64,000 nt of DNA from assembly GCA_963740355.1 (NCBI GenBank), contig CAVUDW010000003.1, positions 1,792,001 to 1,856,000 on the forward strand, given 5' to 3'. Numbering within the stretch: the stretch's first letter is position 1; the number at the start of each line of letters is the position of its first letter. Positions 61,253 to 64,000 of the stretch are shown piece after piece. The DNA is from an uncultured Gemmatimonadaceae bacterium (GTDB lineage Bacteria; Gemmatimonadota; Gemmatimonadetes; Gemmatimonadales; Gemmatimonadaceae). The notes under the pieces were generated by a model. That model was not told where the DNA came from. It made no database searches and was given only the letters and a program-made list of their open reading frames with translations. The translations under genes were made by a program, and so were the position numbers.

Positions 61253-63484
61253 TCAGAGCCCCATGGCCCGCAGCAGCTCCGCGTACCGGGGGTGCGCACG
61301 AATCGCATCCGTGGCAAATGGCGGTCGCGTCCACCCGGGGTTCAATGCGTCGCAGCGCTCCACCGATTCGAGTGCGTAGGCGATGGCGTCGTCGACGCGG
61401 CCCAGGTAGCTGGCAGCGATTGCCAGCGCACTGCGCTGAACGGTGTCGACTTCCGCGCGCGCCTGCAGTTCCGCATACGCGGCATCGGCTCGCCGGGCAT
61501 CGCCGTTGATCAGATGCGCCCGTACCAGGAACATCAGGAAGAGCGGATGCCGACCGAACCTGACCAGCATCTCGTTCACCGCCGCAATCGCGGCACTCGC
61601 GTCATCCGAGTTCGTGATTGCAATCGCGCGGCCGTACGCGGCGGTGAAGGAGTCCGCGTCGATTGCCTGCGCACGCTGCGCTTCGGCACGGGCCGCGTCG
61701 GGTTGTCCGGTGAGTGCCAGCACGGCGCTGTGGATGCCGGCGAGGTTGGCACTGAGCGGATCGTCGGCCACGGCGCGTGCGAGTTCCTCGAGGGCCCGCA
61801 CGTCGTCCTGTGCAATGCAGAACAACCCGTTGACGGCGAAGCTGCCACGCACTTCGCTGAGGCGTGGCTGGAGCGCCAGTGCGCGCTCCCACCAGGTGAA
61901 CGCCGCACCGGGATCGTGTTCGATGAACAGGCTGGCGAGCGCCATCGCGCCCATCGCCTCGGCATGTGCGGGGGCCAGCTCGAGGGCACGTGCGAGTGCC
62001 GCCTTCGCCAACGGGTGCCCCTGCGTGACCGACATCAGGCCGTAGCGCACGAAGTTCACCAACGTCTCGCCGAGCAGCGCATGGGCGTCGGCGTTTGACG
62101 GATCGAGACGAATCGCGGCGGCAAAACAATCACGCGCGGCCATCAGGCTGCGCCCGCGCTGCGCGAACAGCGCGCGCCCCTTGGCGACCAGCTCGAACGC
62201 CTCCACCTCGGCCGTCGTGGCCTTCAGCACCGGCTGCGCGGGCGGCACGAACGTGACCTGCAGCCGTGCCGCGATGGCCTGCGCGATTTCGTCCTGCACC
62301 GCAAACACATCCGTGAGTTCGCGGTCGAACCGTTCCGACCAGAGGTGATAGCCGTCAGCCACCGATACGAGCTGCACGGCGATGCGCATGCGATTGGCCG
62401 CCTTGCGCACACTGCCCTGCAGCACCGTGGCGACATTCAGCACCTCCCCGATCTCGGTCAGCGCCACCGCCTTGCCACGGAACGAGAACGCGGAGTTTCG
62501 CGCCGCGACGTGCAGCCCGTCGATCTGGACCAACGCGTCGAGGATATCGTCCGCGATGCCGTCGGCGAAATAGCGGTTGTCGGGCTCGGCGCTGAGGTTC
62601 TCGAATGGCAGGATCGCCAACGATTTGACCGGCGCGGCCGGCGCCTTGGAGCGCGTTTCCCGCTCGTTCAGCGCCGCGATGAACACGGCGGCGGTTTCAT
62701 GGCGATCGACGGCCACGCGCGAGAGGGACTGCTGCACTGCGCGCGAGACTGGTCCCGGCACGCCTTCGCGCAGCGCCGCCACTTCAGGGGGCGTTTGCAC
62801 GAAGCGCTTCGCGATCACGGCCTGTATCGTCGGTCCCGTGAACGGTGGCTCGCCGACTAGCATCTCGTACAGCACGCACCCCAGGCTGTAGAGGTCACTG
62901 CGGCCGTCGACGTCCTCACCCACGGCCTGCTCAGGACTCATGTACGCCGGCGTGCCAACGCTCATGCCCACCTGTGTGAGCGTGTCGCCCGGCGCGTCGT
63001 TGATCGCTTTCCCGATGCCGAAGTCGGCCACCAGCACGTGGCCGTCCTGCAGCATGATGTTCTCTGGCTTGATGTCGCGGTGAATGATGCCGAGGCGATG
63101 CGCGTGCTCGAGTGCACCCGCGACGGCACTCGCGATGCGCACCGCGTCGGCGATGGGTAGCTGGCGCTCGGTCTCGAGGCGATCGCGCAGTGACCGCCCC
63201 TGCACCACCGGCATCACGTAGAACAGGGTGCCGTCTAAATCGCCCGAGTCGTAGAGCGGCAGGATGTGCGGGTGACTGAGCTTCGCAGCGAGCTGGATCT
63301 CACGCAGGAAGCGCTCGCGGCCGACGGTGGCCGCCACGTCGTTTCGCAGGACCTTGATGGCGACGGGGCGGTCGTGCTTCCGGTCGTGTGCGAGGTAGAC
63401 GGTGGCCATGCCGCCCTGACCGAGTTCGCGGTTGAGGCGATAGCGATCGTCGAGGGCCGCAGCCAGGCGATCCAGGGTCGTCAT
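61253..63484 (-). CDS. Hanks Ser/Thr kinase with TolB-N-like and TPR domains
   Basis: LGQGGMATV, AIK, HRDIKPEN, DFG, GTPAYMSPE; LAILPFENLS...YFADG; TPRs. Confidence 0.93.
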   Translation of the reverse strand: MTTLDRLAAALDDRYRLNRELGQGGMATVYLAHDRKHDRPVAIKVLRNDVAATVGRERFLREIQLAAKLSHPHILPLYDSGDLDGTLFYVMPVVQGRSLRDRLETERQLPIADAVRIASAVAGALEHAHRLGIIHRDIKPENIMLQDGHVLVADFGIGKAINDAPGDTLTQVGMSVGTPAYMSPEQAVGEDVDGRSDLYSLGCVLYEMLVGEPPFTGPTIQAVIAKRFVQTPPEVAALREGVPGPVSRAVQQSLSRVAVDRHETAAVFIAALNERETRSKAPAAPVKSLAILPFENLSAEPDNRYFADGIADDILDALVQIDGLHVAARNSAFSFRGKAVALTEIGEVLNVATVLQGSVRKAANRMRIAVQLVSVADGYHLWSERFDRELTDVFAVQDEIAQAIAARLQVTFVPPAQPVLKATTAEVEAFELVAKGRALFAQRGRSLMAARDCFAAAIRLDPSNADAHALLGETLVNFVRYGLMSVTQGHPLAKAALARALELAPAHAEAMGAMALASLFIEHDPGAAFTWWERALALQPRLSEVRGSFAVNGLFCIAQDDVRALEELARAVADDPLSANLAGIHSAVLALTGQPDAARAEAQRAQAIDADSFTAAYGRAIAITNSDDASAAIAAVNEMLVRFGRHPLFLMFLVRAHLINGDARRADAAYAELQARAEVDTVQRSALAIAASYLGRVDDAIAYALESVERCDALNPGWTRPPFATDAIRAHPRYAELLRAMGL

Positions 63485-63507
63485 GGCGTGCTCGTGCCAG
63501 AGGGTGT

Positions 63508-63921
63508 TCAGCGCGTCGGAACAGGTACAGCCACCACTTCGAGGCCGTCGATCCCGGCAAAGTCATCGGGATTGCACGTGTACACCGGCAGCGCATGCGC
63601 CAGCGCCGTTGCCGCGATCATGGCGTCGTAGGACCGGGCCGCCGTCTTCCGTCCCGACTGCCGGAGTGAGGCAGCCACGCGGCCGAAGGCACGGGCTGCG
63701 CTGGCATCAAAGGGCAGCGCATCGAAATCAGATTCGGCCTGCTGAAGATGCGCCTGTCGCGCCGCGCGCTCCCGATCCGTCGTCGCGACCAGCGGCCCCA
63801 CGGTCAACTCGGCGAGCGTGATCGCGGTGATCAGCGGTTGATCTGGGAGCACCGCTGGATCATCCAGTCGGCCGAGCATGATGACCGTGCTGGTGTCGAG
63901 GATGCCGCGCGCGTGACTCAC
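63508..63921 (-). CDS. vapC: VapC/PIN toxin
   Basis: ILDTST, TLAELTVG, LPFD, YDAMIAATA, TCNPDDF. Confidence 0.9.
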   Translation of the reverse strand: MSHARGILDTSTVIMLGRLDDPAVLPDQPLITAITLAELTVGPLVATTDRERAARQAHLQQAESDFDALPFDASAARAFGRVAASLRQSGRKTAARSYDAMIAATALAHALPVYTCNPDDFAGIDGLEVVAVPVPTR

Positions 63922-64000
63922 CCGTCAGCCCACAGTGAGGCGTTCAACACGCGGTCCAGGTCAGCCCGGAGCTGCTGCGCGTCGACAGGCGGCAGCCGGC
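63918..64000 (-). CDS. Probable antitoxin C-terminus (truncated by window edge)
   Basis: ...RLPPVDAQQLRADLDRVLNASLWADG*, GTGA overlap with vapC. Confidence 0.6.
   Translation of the reverse strand, partial: RLPPVDAQQLRADLDRVLNASLWADG

Overview
High-GC bacterial chromosome segment; gene content and style suggest Gemmatimonadota (inference, no search run). It has about 70 CDS, mostly housekeeping or envelope functions: fused 2-oxoacid dehydrogenase E1, rhodanese, L31-B, a Fur-family regulator beside SCO/PCuAC/CopCD metal genes, pdxH, rsgA, proline dehydrogenase, peptidases, fadIJ, glpD, greA, metZ-like and queG. No tRNA, rRNA or CRISPR array was seen. Four highlights. (1) An apparently intact 1.15-kb IS110 element (47928-49077). 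Its CT cores, circle junction and bridge-RNA guide segments can be read by eye, and its target guide matches a local CGCAGAG/CTCTGCG palindromic repeat family that recurs at three other intergenic sites. (2) A candidate trans-envelope signalling locus: secreted TPR-CHAT protease, ECF sigma, membrane anti-sigma, a lipoprotein copy of the anti-sigma's outer domain, and a beta-lactamase-fold protein lacking its catalytic motifs. (3) Other apparent pseudoenzymes or mini-proteins: a BioD homolog without a P-loop and an amidohydrolase beta-sandwich without the barrel. (4) Three toxin-antitoxin modules, a frameshifted porin and a queG with a decayed tail. All family calls come from motif recognition only; several start codons were chosen by eye.
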